Shown: positions 20,401-21,539 of the stretch, in pieces
How positions within the stretch are numbered: position 1 is the stretch's first letter
How the letters are laid out: each line of letters starts with the position of its first letter
DNA from: Priapulus caudatus
Taxonomy: Eukaryota
Reading direction: 5' to 3'
Assembly: GCF_000485595.1 (NCBI RefSeq)
Contig: NW_014577067.1
Location: 235,563 to 257,101, forward strand
Length of the DNA: 21,539 bases
Notes under the pieces: generated by a model
Database searches by the model: none
What the model was told of the DNA's origin: nothing
The model's input: the letters and a program-made list of their open reading frames with translations, nothing else
Program-made: the position numbers and the translations under genes

Positions 20401-21380
20401 TTCCCTCTCTTTCTCTTGTATCTCCACGACGCTCATCGACCTCTGAACCGCTCATTCTGAAAGTCGCCGAGTCTGCGAGCCCTCGGCTGAGTCTCTATGA
20501 CTTACAGTTGAGTCTTTACGTTTTAGTCTATACCGACTAGTCGATTGAGTCGATCTAACGTTGAACCGGGGATTCGTTAAAATATACTAATTCGTGGTGT
20601 ATGTAATATAAGGATGAAGAGCTGCGCATTCAACTTGCCGCTCGTATATAGAACCAGTTCCTCGGATGGACAACATCGTCATAACTCGTTCTATTCAATA
20701 GAGAGCCGTGGTCGGTGATGGGGACGGGGGCCGTCGCTCTCCGTGCTTACCGGTCGTCGGTACGGCGCCCATCGTCGCCGGGTCGCGTGGAGACGGCGAA
20801 TTTAAAAGCTGAAATTGCCGGCTTGATTTGCTGCGAAGATCGGCGTTACATTGGCCACAGTTGTCATTCGCAACAATGGCGCGCGCAATTATGCCGGCTT
20901 ATTTCTGAACCAGATGGAGCATTAAACTTCTGTGTGGACGTGGTTAGGGGGACCGAGCAAGTAGCTAAGGATGGGGTCGGTTGGGTTGAGCTACGATACA
21001 CAGAATGGGGGGAAGGGTGGAGGTGTGGGAATCGCGCGCAGTCATTAATAGTCGTAGTCTCGTTGTCGCTTATACTGTATAGTTTGTACCTTACTGCAGT
21101 TTATTCAATTAAATAGTAGATAATATTCTAGGGAGTATGAAACATTTTTAAAGGGGAATCCCCGCGTAACGAGCAGGCGTGGGTTTTCACGCACCCACGA
21201 AGTGCGAGTCTCTCTCTATCTGCAGTGCAATCGGAACGCTACACGTTGCGAACGCTGTGAAATCGAGCCGGGGCTGGTATGCGCGGTGTGCAGACATAGC
21301 GAGGCCGGGTTTGCGTGCTCTCATCGCGAGAGAGCTTCTTCTCTCTCGTGCAGCAGGTCGCTCGCCTGCGTACGCTGGCG
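20400..21380 (+). repeat. Copy 2 of the ~1-kb duplicated segment
   Basis: Collinear with 16262-17290 at an offset of about 4.1 kb; differences are mostly small indels. Confidence 0.95.
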
Positions 21381-21539
21381 CGGTGGGTAAGGAGGGAACC
21401 CCGTCCCCCCCGCACACTGCTGTGATAACGGGCGGTGGGTAAGGAGGGAACCCCGTCCCCCCCGCACACTGCTGTGATAACGGGCGGTGGGTAAGGAGGG
21501 AACCCCGTCCCCCCCGCACACTGCTGTGATAACGAGCGG
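21381..21539 (+). repeat. 52-bp minisatellite, 3 essentially perfect copies, running to the window edge
   Basis: cggtgggtaagg at 21381, 21433 and 21485 (period 52). Confidence 0.97.

Overview
This window looks like non-coding, repeat-rich eukaryotic (probably animal) draft-genome sequence. CpG is visibly abundant, which suggests a lightly methylated genome, though I cannot name the organism. I can support no protein-coding gene, rRNA, tRNA or CRISPR array: the long ORFs are translations of micro- or minisatellites, and the short ones resemble no family I recognise. Supported content: (1) many simple repeats ((GA/CT)n, (GTCT)n, (GGCA)n, (ACC/AAC/AGC)n, (GCGT)n, (TA)n); (2) two long perfect palindromes at 1581-1636 and 1809-1855; (3) a nearly homogeneous 90-bp tandem array (12690-13109) running into a 316-N gap; (4) a composite unit of CT tract + ~1 kb unique segment + 52-bp GC-rich minisatellite, present twice about 4.1 kb apart (16262-18596 and 20400-end), with differences that look like uncorrected long-read error; (5) a possible TTAA-flanked Kolobok-like MITE; (6) several CpG-rich, motif-dense patches resembling promoters or enhancers. 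The most interesting single signal is a polypyrimidine-AG|GTGAGT junction at 1932-1958, the signature of a recursive splice site, which would place the window inside a long intron. Assembly gaps: 3421-3430 and 13110-13425.
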